The notes under the pieces were generated by a model that ran no database searches, had not been told where the DNA came from, and was given only the letters and a program-made list of their open reading frames with translations. A DNA stretch of 64,000 bases from Chrysomallon squamiferum (taxonomy: Eukaryota; Animalia; Mollusca): the NCBI GenBank assembly GCA_012295275.1, contig CM022671.1, positions 35,402,001 through 35,466,000 on the forward strand, read 5' to 3'. Positions 1 to 15,183 of this stretch are shown here, in pieces (position 1 is the stretch's first letter; every line of letters begins with the position of its first letter). A program made the position numbers and the translations under genes.

Positions 1-1433
1 GAAATAAAATAAAATAAAATAAAATAAAATAAAATAAAATAAAATAAAATAAAATAAAACCAAATAAAATAAAATAAAATAAAATAAATAAATAAATAAA
101 TAAATAAATAAATATATACATAAATTAGTAAATAAATTAAATGTTTTGTTGTAAAATACAACATATTTATATTCCTAATAGTAAAATACTTCAGTCTGTA
201 TGTACGTCTGTCTGTCTGTCTACATAAAACATTACGTGTGACACACTTACTGTAGTGCACTAGTAGAGGAAGTAAAAATTAATGATGCACTTAGAAGACT
301 TGTCTGCCTCAAACCATTTCATTAACACCAGAAATAGAAAAACAAACATTAAAGAGTAGTAAAAAATAAAAATAATAATAAATAAAGAAAAAGAATAACA
401 AAGAAAAATTGAAAATACAAAACCCTGACAATAATGATATTAATAAAACGAGTTTGTTATAAATACATATAAAATATAAAGAGCCAATGAATTTTTATAT
501 TTTATTGTCTAGATAGGTGTTTTAAAATAAACAAATTTATGTATCATATTATCTGATTGTGTTTTTCTGTCTAAGGGTGGGTACATGTAATGAAAAAACC
601 CTGCAGCTATTTCATAAGAGAGACTTTCATAAAAGTGCATTTCCTTTCGTGTGATCATTAAAATTACATAGGTGTTTGACAGATGATGTTAAAAAATGTA
701 CTTACGCTGATTCACATTTTCAATATTTACAATAATGAAATTTTCTTGCTGAAGTAAGTATTAATAATGTTTTTTTTAATTTAGGATTTCAGTTTGCCAA
801 ATTATACTATTATTAATATCTTTTTGAATGCAGCTTAACATATTTTACCATTGATTCTGACACGCTGCAATGCTGAAGCTAACAATATTAACAGATATTT
901 CTTTCTCTCTACTCAGTTACTGATGTCAAATTTACAAAGGTCTACAAGTTTTACTTTATCTCACACATTTCATTTTTCATGTTGCGATATTATTAAACAT
1001 CCATTCATTTTGGTCCAGTGTTTGATAAGACAGTTTGAAAATCCATCCATTTATTGTTAACTGATGTAAAATTTCAAAGACGTTTCTTGTTATTTGTGGG
1101 TTTTAAATGGTTAAGATCATCAAAACGTTTTAGTAAAAAAAACACCAAAACAAAGCGTGGTTTTAGAGTTGATGGGTTTACTGGGGTGAGGTGTAGTTTG
1201 ATGTTGTTACAAGATGTCAGTGTTGTTGTTGTCTGTGTTGTGTTAAATATTACTGTCAGCATGTGTGTTGAATGCTTTTAAAAAAAAAATATTTTAGACT
1301 TTAGTATATTTGTGTGTGTGTGTTTCATGCACCCATTTTTGTACCTCTTTGTTTATCTGTATTTACTTGTTGATTTTGTTTTAAAAGTGACATCTGACCC
1401 TGAGTTTATCTGTTACTAAATCTTCTTCTTCTT

Positions 1434-1464
<31 letters not shown>

Positions 1465-1467
1465 TTC

Positions 1468-1502
<35 letters not shown>

Positions 1503-2128
1503 TTGTTACAAGAGATCACTCTGTTCACTTCCACACAGACTATATTCAGTTTTTATTTCATAGTTATTATATATTTTATTTATTGCACGGATGTCATATC
1601 AAAGAGTTAAATACTGTTTTGCACTGCCTGTGTTGTATTGTTTCATTCAGTTACTACAGAACATGTAAATGTCAGATATAATAGATACAATTAACAAATG
1701 TGTTATTTGAGTTAATTATACAACCAGTCATCTGCTATTTCTGAATCTAACGATGTAGTATTAACTATTCTTGTATATAATACGTTTGATATTCCCTCTG
1801 TTTTAGTTATTTCCAATATGCTTCAACAGTAGACATTCAGTGAAAATATCTTCACTTTCTAGTCGAAAGACTTATTCAGAATCATTTTAAAATACATTTT
1901 TATATATAAATACAATATGTTTTCAGTTTATGAGTTATGACTTCAGCTAAATCAAATTTTTAGGACAGTTTTTCATTATTTTCAAATCACTGGTGTTATG
2001 ATATTTGTGGACATTACTGAAGGGAATATCTCAGATGGATTTTTACTTTGATGATGAATTGTCTCTTGTCAGATACAAGAAGTCTCTGTTACATAAAATA
2101 TTTACACGTTTCTGTTGCCTTGTTGCAG

Positions 2129-2169
2129 GGAGAGAAGATTCTGGCATGGAGAATAATCGAGAAACAAAG
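2129..2169 (+). CDS. RIMBP2: RIM-BP exon ([13 protein letters not shown])
   Basis: ttgcag| acceptor, AAG|gtaagt donor; ends in phase 0, matching the next exon. Confidence 0.7.
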
Positions 2170-2870
2170 GTAAGTGCTGTCCTGCAGTCTTTGGAATGGA
2201 TATATGTATACAGATGAATGCTTATATGTTTGTGTGTATGTCTGTGTGTGAATATGTGTTTGCATGTGTGTGTATGTGTGTGTGTGTCTGTGAATGTGTA
2301 TGTGTATGTATGTCTGTATGTGTGTACACATATATGCATTGACATTAGGTTTATAATTATGTAACTTATATGATAAACTGTCAATGTAGTTTATTCCTTC
2401 ACATATATATTTTTTTTATTCCTTTGATTTCAAAAAGCAAAATGAAATTTATAATAAGAAACCAATAATAAGTAAATAGTGCAAAAAAACACCCCTAAAA
2501 CCCAGAGATAAAACAAGAAAAACAAACAAACAACTAAACAAAAAAACAAACAACTAAACAATTAAACAAATAAATAAATAAACAAATAAATAAATAAACA
2601 AACAACTAAACAAACAACTAAACAAACAAACAAACAAACAAACAAACAAACAAATGTTTTTCAGAATCAAAACGAGATTTCTCTCAGTGACAGTCGTCTG
2701 TCGTCGCTGTCAAGGAAAGGTCCGCTGCAGGTGTACATCGCCAAGTACTCGTACAACCCCTACCAGCAGTCACCCAACGACAACCCCGCGGCCGAGCTGC
2801 CCCTCTCAGCAGGCGACTACGTCCTCATCCTCGGTGACATGGACGAGGTCAGTTTATATATTACTATTAT

Positions 2871-2904
<34 letters not shown>

Positions 2905-2964
2905 TATTTTTTTTATTATTATTATTTTTATTTTATTTTTTATTTTATTATTATTATTATTTTT

Positions 2965-2996
<32 letters not shown>

Positions 2997-3100
2997 TTAT
3001 TTTATTAAATTATTTTTATTATTTTATTATTTTATTATTATAATTATCATTTTTTTTTTTTTTATTTATTATTATTATTTATTTATTTTTTTAATTTTTA

Positions 3101-3133
<33 letters not shown>

Positions 3134-3322
3134 TTTTATTATTATTATTACAATTTCTTTCATTTATATTCTCATGCGTTATTGTTTACAAACTTTGTTC
3201 CTTTTATTTTATTTATTATTATTGTTATTGTTTTGGCAGTTGATAGATAATTATAATGAATAAAATAAAATGTCAGACTAAGATTTTATAAAATATATCA
3301 CAATCATTTCATTTTTATATAT

Positions 3323-3357
<35 letters not shown>

Positions 3358-4436
3358 TTTGTTTATTTGTTTGTTTATTTGTTTATTTATTTATTTATTT
3401 ATGTATTTAATTTTATTTATTTATTTTTGATCATGTTTTTAATGAGCACAATAATTTCATTTTTAAATTTCATGTCATATTTAAATCAATGCTGTTTTAT
3501 TTACTTAACTGTTTTATGAAATGTTTGAGTTTTTTCACATTTTTACAAAGCTTTTAATCTATTGATTATTATTTCAGTAAATAAAATTTTATCTTTGTTT
3601 GGTGCTAAAGACTGGAACGGTTTGTACTTGCTTTTTGTTTTCTTTGAATTTTTGTTTATTTTTCAACTGAGTATTATCATTAAGCATTCATTCAATAATT
3701 TATGTTCATTTCAGGATGGTTTCTATGAAGGAGAATTGATTCACGGCAAAAGAGGATTGGTTCCTTCCAACTTCATAGAAAAAGTCTCAGGTAAACACAC
3801 GTGTAATTTACCTGTGTCATTTAATTATTACAGGTGATAAACTGGTATGTTGCACAAACCGATCTGTACTGAGTGTATGTCAGTAAACACTGTATATATT
3901 TATTTATTTATTTATTTATTCATAATTACACTCGTAAAACACTCTTTGATTTCCAGATGATCACCTGTCTGAATTTCATGCTGCCATGGCGCTGGCTTGT
4001 CACCATAGTGATGAAAGTACAGTGAACAGCATCCAACACGATCCTTGACTTCAACAGCAGCGACGAAGCAGACTTTGCAGGTCTCTACCCACACTTTTTG
4101 TTATTAGAGCTAGCTGCATGCTTTTTAACAGAAACTGTGGTGTGGGGATGAGGAGATCTGGGGGTGGAGTGGGTTCGAGAAGGGCAAATTATCAAAACAA
4201 ATTGTTTAAAATGTTCTTGAAAAAAAAAAAAATATATATTTCTAAAAGTTTTAAAATAAATTATTTAATGAAAATAATAATAATAATAATAATAATAAAA
4301 ATAATCAAAAATTATGAAATCGAAAAAATTAAAATAAATAAATGAAAGAAAACAAACAAAAATTTCGTTAAAAGTAATAATCTGCATTTCTGAGTTTTAA
4401 AATAAATTATTTAATCAAAAAAAAAAAAAAAAAAAA

Positions 4437-4488
<52 letters not shown>

Positions 4489-6900
4489 ATAATAATAGTA
4501 ATGGTAATAAATAAAATAATTAAAAAATAAATAAAAGGAAAAAGTTTGTAAATATAAATGAAATATAAATGTGAAATAAAAATAAATAAAAAAAATAAAA
4601 CAGAAATGAAATAAATAATAATAATAATAATAATAATAAAAATAATAAAGTATTAAAATATCTCAGGGTTATTTTTATTTTAATGTGTCTTTGTGTGTGT
4701 CTGTGTGTGTATGTCTGTGTGTATATGTATGTCTGTGTGTATGTGTACATGTGTATGTTTGTATGTCTGTATGTTTTAATCATGGGTATAAACAATAAAA
4801 AATTTACATTCTCTCCATCCACAGTTTCTTTATTTTAATCACTTTGCTGTTTTTTCTGCTTCATTAATTTAAAAACGAAATTTCTAGTCATCACTTTTCT
4901 TCAGTTATCTTTAGTTAGTGTTTCATATCCTTTTTCATTCTCTTCATTTTTAAATTTAATATTTCTGGTATCATCTTTTTATATCTTTCTCATTTCAAAT
5001 TAATTTCTTGTGGTTTCCTTTTAAATGTTGCTATGGTAATTTGATATCATTTTGTTCTCTTTATTTTGTCTGAAGCTCACTTTTTGTTGTCACTGGTTTA
5101 AGATGTATTGAGGGTGTTTTAAGTGGGTTTTGAAATGAATGAAAGAAGATTGTTTATTGAAATTCAAATACATCTACAAAGGTTGCACAGACGCACACAG
5201 TGACCTGGATGAGATGGACGAGGTCATGGATCACAAGATGGCTGATGCTGATAACATGTTGCCATGGAAATCTGGTGCCATTGGTCAGTGGGCTTCCTTG
5301 CCTAATGTTTGCTCATTTTGTAATGTGTTAATAACACTTGGTTTTTTTAGAAAATACTTTTATTAAGAATTTTAAAAAAAAATATATTTTTTTCACATCT
5401 GGATTGGTTCATCATTCATAACTAACAATAAATTTATTTAAAATGTTTTGTAATGTTTTAAGTTGTTTTATTACTAACAGTTTTATTTTTAAACATAATT
5501 ATATTATATTCCTGCTTTTTTTTAAATTTAACAAAGCAATAACATTTTGTGTTATATTTGCATTGATGCTACTTTCTAAAACTCTGTTCTGTATTTTCCT
5601 ACAGCAGCTTCATTTTATACCTATTTATTTATTTATTTATTTTCATATCTTAATAGCTTAATAATTACAACCATTAATTTTTGAATTTTTATATTTATTT
5701 TTCTCAGTATTCTTACTAAAAATAAATTTAATAGTTCACAAATTAATTACATTGCAATTGTCCATTCTTTTTATTAAATAACTTTGCTTTCTCAAGGTAG
5801 GCATTCCATGTATATTTTAATTACATGACTTTAAAAAAAAAAAAAAAATTGTTATTCATTTATTTATTTATATTTATTTATTTATTTATTTATTTATAAA
5901 TTCTCTGAATTTTTCATTTTGAAAATTCTGTTCACTTAGTTGATCATTTCCCCCATTCTCACAGCATGGTCAAACCCTTTTATTTCCTTGTCATTTCTAT
6001 TTAATTAATTAATTGTTCATTTTTATTTATTTATCTGAGGAAACCAAAAATGTTAATTTATTTTTCAAAATGATTATTATTAAGTACAACCCAGTATATG
6101 ACATTTTGTTTCAAATTTAACATGTCTGTCAGCAGAGATTACAAGTTATGGGGTATAGTGTTATACAATAAACTACACTGTTACATACAGTCTTTATTAT
6201 GTTGCAGGCTGTTTGATAAGACTGTTATTTACTGTGTAGAATAAAGTAACACTTAACTGTAATATAATGATAAATACATCCTGTCATTAACACTCTGACA
6301 TTTACACAGGAATGAGGTATAGGTCAGTGGTTAAAGTATTTGCTTGACTGATTTGTTTCCCATTCTAAGTGAGCTCTGTGACTTGCTTAGTAAAAGTCTT
6401 TGTTTGAAGAAGGGATCATGTTAGTTTTATATCCATTGTGCAGTAAGTTAATAAATAATAAACAAAAATTAAAAGGAAATTACTTTTGAATAAATTAATA
6501 TTAAAAAATAACCTGTGTTAATATATATATATATATATATTAATGTAAAGAACATTTATTTTATTTTATTTCCTTTTAAGAAATTCTATTTTTTACTTTT
6601 TAATTTTTATAAAAAAAAATTAATTTATTTATTTTTATTTTTTTATTTTTATTTTTTTAATTTACATTTAAATTTCATTTATATTTTCATATGTTACTGT
6701 TTACAAACTTCTTTCCTTTTTCATAAGTTTAATTAGATTAGTATGGACACATATCTAAATTTAAAAAAATGTATTAGCTAAATTACCTTCCTGATTTTTT
6801 GTAGTTGTTAATAATTATTAAAAAGCATGTTTTCATCCATTACTGCATGATAGCCATACTATATTATAAATATTATTATTATTATTAAATTTATTTTACA

Positions 6901-6933
<33 letters not shown>

Positions 6934-8569
6934 TATTATCATCATTATTACTATTATCTTTATTATTATTATTACTACTACTACTATTGTTCTTGTTCTT
7001 TTTGTTGTTAGTGTTGTAGTTGTTGTTGCTGTTGTAATTTAACAATTTATTTACTAACATATCTCAAATTTTCACTGTTACATTTTAAAACCTGCATCCA
7101 ATTATTTCTTGATTTACTTAAATATGTATTTTAAAACTTTATAACACTGATTTTCAAATATTCTTACAAATAATATATGTTATAAAAAGTATTTCTATCT
7201 TATAAAACTATACAGAAATTTAGAAGAGTATAAACAGTGTTATATTTATACAGTGATATGAATAATACAACAAAAGGTGGTCATTATTTTTAATATTTAA
7301 TCTCTTTATGTTGAATATTTAATCTCTTTATGTTGAATATTTGTCTTACTTGACTTGCTTTCCTGTAACACTTGTATTTCTTTAAAGATTAATTTTTGAA
7401 GCATGAACAGAAAATAAGATTAAAGTCTGTGATAAAAATATTTGGTTTCAGATCTTTAATTCATCACAAGTGAGATAATTTGTAAGAATTATAAAATTAT
7501 ACATACACAGTTATAAAGTAAAAATTCAGGATCATATAAATCAGTTCTGGTTATTCTTACACTGTCTGTGTTTGTTAAACTGCTGTGAATATTCATATAT
7601 CTTATCCTTTTTTTCTCCCTTTCTCTTTCACTTCTTCTCATTCACAACTCTTTTTTCAGCCATATGCAGTCTCTCCATTACTCCTTTTCCTAAAAGCCAC
7701 CCTCCTTCTCTCCCTCCCTTCCTTCTTCACATCCTTTGTTTGCTTTTTTCTCTCTGTCCATTTTCTTGTTGGTACTTCATCAGTTAAAACCACACACACC
7801 TTACAGCTTACAAATACATTATGATACGTCGTTGTAAATTAATCTTATATTTTCTCTTTTCTGACCCCAGGAGTGCCACACCCAACCTGTCTGTCTCTGG
7901 ATCGACAGCTCACTAACAGCATCCTGGTAAGCTGGAAGGCCCCAGAGGTCTCTGCCGATGTTGTCGTACAGTCCTACCACGTCTTGGTGGACGGCGAATT
8001 CATAACATCCATCAGAGGCAATGAGAGAACCAAGGCACTGATAGAAGGAATCGACTCGAAATTAGTGAGTTCATAACTGCCTTGAAGTTACTGTTGATTT
8101 TTACCAATAGGTCATATTAGAAAATTCTCACGGTTTTTAATAACATTTAGATAAAATGTCATGTGATATATAAATTTAAAAAAATAAGGAAAATTGCATC
8201 AGTTGATTCAGATTTGAAATATTATTGTAAAACTTAAGAACTGTAGTAATAGTTGATCTTAATAAACAAGTTAACAATTTATTACTATCAGTATGTTTAA
8301 ATATTTAAAATTTTCTTATATTACTAATTATTAATGGACGTGAAACTTACCTTTTATGATTTTGAAACTACATTTAGAAATAAAATGTAGATTCTTTAAG
8401 TTGGCACAAAAGACTTGTTAGTTTTCAGTGAAGTCTCTATACTTTCAGACTCATCGTGTCTGTGTCAGGTGTCTCAGTAATCAAGGTCAGTCTAAAGATG
8501 GACAGTGCACTCTTCTTATTGGAAAAGGTAAAAATTAATTTTTGTTGTTTTATTCATCTACTATATGAT

Positions 8570-8602
<33 letters not shown>

Positions 8603-11505
8603 AAAACTGAAACAAAAATTGTAAAATTCAAATGTCTTGCTGGTTTAGCTCACAAATATTTTGATATTATTTTTATTTACAAAAAATGTATTTTGGTTAT
8701 CAGTGTTTTTGCAGGATGATTTTATTTACACAGTTTTATTATTTTGTTTTTATTATTTATTTATTTTTACTGGGTTTTCTTTTTTCTGTTTGTATTTATT
8801 AATTGATTGATTTGTTTTGTAATAATTTTTCTATCACTGTATTTAAAACAAGCAGGAATATAATGTAATTATGTTTAATCTGTGAGAGGCAAAAAATATA
8901 ATTTAACAACATGTACAAGAACAATAATAATTTTTTTTTTTTTTTAAACATATTAATATATTAAATATGACTTTTAAACTTTTTATTTAATGTTTTTGTT
9001 TAGTTTTTATTTTAATTTAGTTCAGTTTGTTTTTGTTTAATATTTCATTCCTTTCTTTTTATTATTATTATTGTTATTCATTTATTTTTATTTTCATTAT
9101 ATTTTATTTTATATTTATTTTATAATTTTTTCTTATGTTTTTACTTTTTTGTGGGACTTAAAAGCAAACAGATGTATGTTTGTTTTCTTGTTTATTTTTT
9201 TTAATTTGTTTCATTGATTTTAATAAAGTAAAGATTAATAATATTTAAATGTTTTTCTCTTCTTTTCTAAAGAATAAAATTAACATACTGCTTTTTATAT
9301 TTTACACAATTTGTATTTAAAATTAAAAATTTAAATTTAAAGAAATATATATTTGTTTTATAATTTTCTACAACAAAAAAATTAAATTAATAATAATAAT
9401 AATAACAACAACAATAAATAAATATAAATTTAAAAACAGTAAAAAAAAAAGGAAGAAATTAAAACCTTTTATTAAAGCACTAATTTTATTTTTTTAATCC
9501 TGTTATCACAATTTTCAGGTGTCGTGTGAAATCTAATAAACATGTTTTAGTCATACACGCTAATTACACTAAAACATTTTATTTAATTTACACCAGAGTA
9601 AATTCCAGCAGTTCAAGTTATTTATAATAATTGTAAAAGTTTATTTTCTACACACACATTTTTACTCTGACATTCACTGACGTTTCTGTTGTAGACGTTC
9701 TTCCAGTTCCTAGTGACATCATCGTCAGTGACATCACCGCCAACTCTGCAGTCATCAGCTGGATGCCTGGAAACAGCAACTACCCCCACTGCATCGAGGT
9801 GAATGGACAGGATGTGCATCTGCTGAAACCAGGAGTGTGCAAATACAGAGTTTCAGGTAACAAAAAAACAATATATTTGCATGTTTTCCAGGTATTTTTT
9901 AATATGTTAATGTATAAATATATGTTTTTCAGGTATTTTGTTGTAACATGGTTTATTAAATATTATTGTAGATTTTTTTCAGATACACAGAATTATTTAC
10001 CTCTGTATAATTGTTTCTGTTGTAATATTCAAGTTTAGAAATTTACTTAATTGAATGTGTGATTTTTAACAAATGTTTTGAATATTTTATAGATATATAC
10101 ATATTTTTAACACTTTCTAAAACATATCGTCTTCTCGTTGATGCATATAATTATGCATTTTTCACAAGGAAACAGACTTTCTGTGAGTCTTTGTAATGCT
10201 CCTATTTCAACATGCGTTAAGAAATGTGTATATTAAACAAGATATTTCTTCTACACAGGCCTGGCCCCATCCTGTACGCACACAATAAGAATCTATGTGA
10301 GGGAGGCACCTGAATACACCCAGTCCCTGCACCTGCTCTCAGTAACCACAGAATTCACCACCCTTAAAGGAGGTATTTTAATTTTAATTTTAATTTTAAT
10401 TTATTATTAGTAGTATCCTTATGGTTGTTGTTGTTTTTTTTATTTATTTATGGTATAATATATATTTTTATTACATTATTTTATATACTTAATTATCTCT
10501 TTAGCCATTACATTTTATTTACTGGTAATAGTATTCATTTTTTGAAAGTTTTTATTTTTTTTTTTAAATATTATTTTACTTCATTTTTAATTTTTTTGTT
10601 ATAGCTGGGTTTTTAATGTTTTTGTTGTTATGTTTTTCATATTTCTCTATTTTTATATTTAAAGTTTTTTGTTTTACATTTATTACATAACATTAGAAAT
10701 GATATTTTTTTTTGATACTATATTTAAACATTATCACAGATAAGTAACTGTCTCTTATAACCCCCAGAAATGTTTTTGTGATGCTATATTCTAAACAATT
10801 ATCACAGATAAGTAATTGTCTCTTATAACCTCCAGAAATGATGTTTTGCTGATACTATATTCTAAACATCTATCACAGATAAGTAATTGTCTCTTATAAC
10901 ACCTAGAAATGATGTTTTTGTGATACTATATTCTAAACATCTATCACAGATAAGTAATCGTCTCTGTATTTCAGGATCTCCGGACCCTCCTCTCAATGTC
11001 CAAGTTGAGGCTGGACCTCAAGAGGGAACGCTGCTGTTGACGTGGCTGCCGATGACAATCAACCCATCTGGTGTTTCCAACGGTGCTGTCGTAGCTGGTT
11101 ATGTGGTGTATGTTGATGGGCGAAGGACCAAAGAAGCAAAGGGACCAACAAGTGAGTTATGTATTATAAACACACACAGACACACAGACACAAAGACACA
11201 CACACATGATATTATTATTATTAAGAATAACAAAAATATTCAGATATTTAATGTCAATAAAGTTAACATTATTGCTAAAAATTACTTCTTTCATGTCAAG
11301 TATATGTCTTTGGAATCTGTTGTAAATAGTGGACCATACTGTTATTTCCCATTCAAACCAGTGTCCCATAATTGTTTTTTAAAATCTACTATCATGACTC
11401 TGGCAAAGAAATATTCTGCTAATGCAAAAATATAATATAATAATAACAGTAATAAATAAAACATTATTACAGATTTTTTTGTTAAATCTATTATATTAAT
11501 CAGTT

Positions 11506-11537
<32 letters not shown>

Positions 11538-12864
11538 TTTTTAATTTATATGTGTGTGTATATATATATATATATATATTAAATCTGTTTATTTAATCAG
11601 TTTTACTTATTTATGTTTTATAAAAAGTTTATTTATTAAATTTATTCAATTAATCAATTTTATTTATTTATTTATTTATTTATTCATTCATTCATTCATT
11701 CATTCATTCATTCATTTATTCAAGTTTAATATAACCTGTTACAGATGACCACATAATACTTGGTCCAGACGATCTCAAGGGTCACATTCCCAAACAGCTG
11801 ACCGTTCGGACACTGGCAGTGGACGGCAAGGAGTCGGCCGAATCAACCATCATCCGGTTACCACAACAACTCATCCGTGAGTTGAGCACAACCATCTCTA
11901 AACCGGTTGTAACCAGCAGTCCCAAGACTCAGACAAAGGTAAGTAGAGGAGTCTGTTGTCTCACATCTCAGTGTGATATGAATGTGTAAAGTTTGAAAAT
12001 ATTAATAAAAAAAAATACAACAAACAACTATATCCATACGTTTTAATTTTTTATAAATAAAATAAATTAAATTAAATTTAAAGATTTTTGTTTTGTTAAA
12101 AGTTTAAACAGGTGTCAAAAGTGGTTTTTTCGTGGGTTTTTTTTTTTTTTTTTTTTTAATTACAGTTAATTTTTGTAAAATTATATAAAAATTAATGAGA
12201 AAACAAATAAATTGAAAATCAAATATTTTTAAATGTATTTAATAACAATTTTTTTTTTTTTATTGTATTCATTTTCATTATTAATATTTTTATTAATTTC
12301 ATTATTATTATTATTCTATTACTACTAATTTACTATTATAGATTGGTTATTGTTATTATTATCATCATCTTCATTACCATGTTTTTTTATTTACAAAACA
12401 TTTATGCTGTATATTAATATACTGTTGTTATTATTGTTATCACTGCTGCTTCTAAAATTTAAAAATTACCCTTTTTTCATTGGTTTGGATCCATTTTCCT
12501 CTAGTTGTTTTTTCTCAAATATTTAAATGACTGGGTTCGGTTTTTTTTTATTTACCCCATAGACCTTGAATCTATTAAAAACATATTTATTAGAATATAT
12601 TTAAATTTTTATATAAAATCTTTTTTTTTTTTTTTTTTTTTTTTGTAATTTATTTATTTATTTATTTTTATTTTATGCTGCATTAAATTTCTGTTTGGCT
12701 CATTGCGTAGCAGTTATTGTTTTTCACTTTTGTTGCTATAGAAACGAGGAAGGTCATCTCATTGGCACAGGAAGGTATAAATTCTGTGCATCTTTCTGAT
12801 TGTTGCTAGGCAACAGAATGGCATGAAAATCACACAAAGCATGAGACTATATTTTTACTATAAT

Positions 12865-12896
<32 letters not shown>

Positions 12897-13003
12897 AATA
12901 TATCTAAAAGTACGTTCTTTTACATCCAGCAACAATTAACTAGACATCTTTTCTCCTTTGTCTTTTTTCTTCTAAATTATTATTATTGTTATTGTTATTA
13001 TTA

Positions 13004-13035
<32 letters not shown>

Positions 13036-13506
13036 TATTTATTTATTATATTTATTTATTAATTTTTCTAAAAAATAATTTTAAAGAAATGACCAGTATT
13101 ACTATTAAATGTCAAAATAAATTTGACTTTTCAAAGTAATATTTTGTTCAAAAAAAAAAAAAAAAGAAGAAGAAATGAGATTAATACTATCATTTTAAAA
13201 ACAAACTCAATATTTTTTCATTCTTTGACATTTTATGTTGGTTATTTTTAATAAGTAAGAAATGAATTATGGCATGACTTTTACAATTTTTTAATCTTCA
13301 GAATCTTCTGTCACATATAAAATTATTTAGATAAATAATAAAAACTAATTTACTTAAAATTTATATCTGTTATCTGCACTATCACTATACACAGGACTCA
13401 AAAACAATTATAGAAAAAAATATATTAAAATATAAAATAATAAAACTAAAACAGAAAATAAAGAAATAAAAAAAAAAAAAAAAAAAAAAATAAAAAAATA
13501 ATAATA

Positions 13507-13539
<33 letters not shown>

Positions 13540-15152
13540 TATTTATTTTAATTTTTTTATTAATATTTTTATAGTTGTTATATATCACAGGTATTCTCTC
13601 TTTTTGTAAAATTTATTTATTTATCTTAAAATAATTATGAACACACTTGAAAATAAAGATTATCTGTATGATAATTAATTTTGTTTCTGAAATTAAGACC
13701 TGACATATTAATTATTTAATCACATACATTTTATATTCATGTAAATCACATCTACCTATGTAATAAAAAATGTTAACCGCATTACCACAATATTTATCTT
13801 TTTACCACTGTACCGCATTACCACAATATTTATCTTTTTTCCCAAAAGAGTTCCAAGTCTCCAACTACAGGAAGTGTAGAGCATGCTGGGAGTAGCACAG
13901 ATGCCAAGATTGATGCAGCGTTTGAAGGTGTTCTCGATGCTGCTGACGATGTTCCTGTGGTGGGTTAATTGTGCAGTGTTGACGACACACACAGTGATGT
14001 AGTTACGGCTTGTATAGCACACTAACATCACAGCTTTACACAAACTTAACTATATACATATATATTACAAGTGTTATATATATATTTATCTTACTAGTCA
14101 TTAATATATATTCTATACATATTTCTTAAATTTCACATATACTGTAAAAAGGTTACATGTATTTGTGTCTTACAAAGGGTTACATTCATCTAAATGTTAC
14201 AACAGTTACCCTATGAGATTACAATTTCTATCTTTTTAACTTTACCTATTAATCAAAAGTAGGTAAAAAAAACAACCAAATCCCCTAAAAAAACCCATAT
14301 TTTTATTGTTAAAGAAGATATACATTTACATACATATGTACAGACACATAACACATCTCTTATTTTCATCAGCTTGTTGTATGTTTTCTGATTCTGTGTG
14401 AAGAATAAATACTAATTTTAAAATAACAAAGAAAACAAAGAAAAGTTGTCTTGAAGCCAAATTTAGGAAACTAAATTAAAATAATTTTTCCTTATTATTC
14501 ATTACAAAGATCTTATATTATTCATGTTTATTCAGATAAAAATATCATTACTAATTTGATTGTGAAATACATGCATTGTTAAAACCAAAAAGAAAGAAAA
14601 AATATGCATTGAATTATTAGTTATAGTTTTCATTTGTTTCTCTGATAGCAGCAAAAACTGTTTACAATTGTTTTAATGAACCCCATTGGTTGCTCTCTTC
14701 CCTAAACCCAATGTTTTAAGCATTCTGATTGGTTACATGTTCTGCCATTTTTCTTCTTGTTTCATTACATTTTGCAGCTTTCATTCAAGATTTTTATTGT
14801 TTACAGTAGATTTGTTTTTCTCAGATTTTCTGAATTTTTAGAAAATTTATATCCCCAGAACACAGCTGAAAACTACACCACTTTAGATTATTTTTTTTTT
14901 TTTTTGTAGCAAAATTTTCTTTTTAATTTTCCTTTTCTTTGCCCTTAAGATTTGATATTTTAAAAGAAATTGTAAAACCAGAAGTATTATATTTTATAAT
15001 GCAAGTGTCTTGAAATACATATATATAAATAAATCAATTTTTTAAATACAATTAATTACATAAAATAAAGAACTTAATTACAAATTTATTTTGCTATACT
15101 AGGAAGAACATTTTAGGAATGAATATACACTTCAATCTTCCATATTTGATAT

Positions 15153-15183
<31 letters not shown>

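Noticed and set aside
1-2100. Upstream RIM-BP exons or ORFs at 851-1281
   Set aside because: Intron-like composition, no phase-compatible splice pair or family motif.
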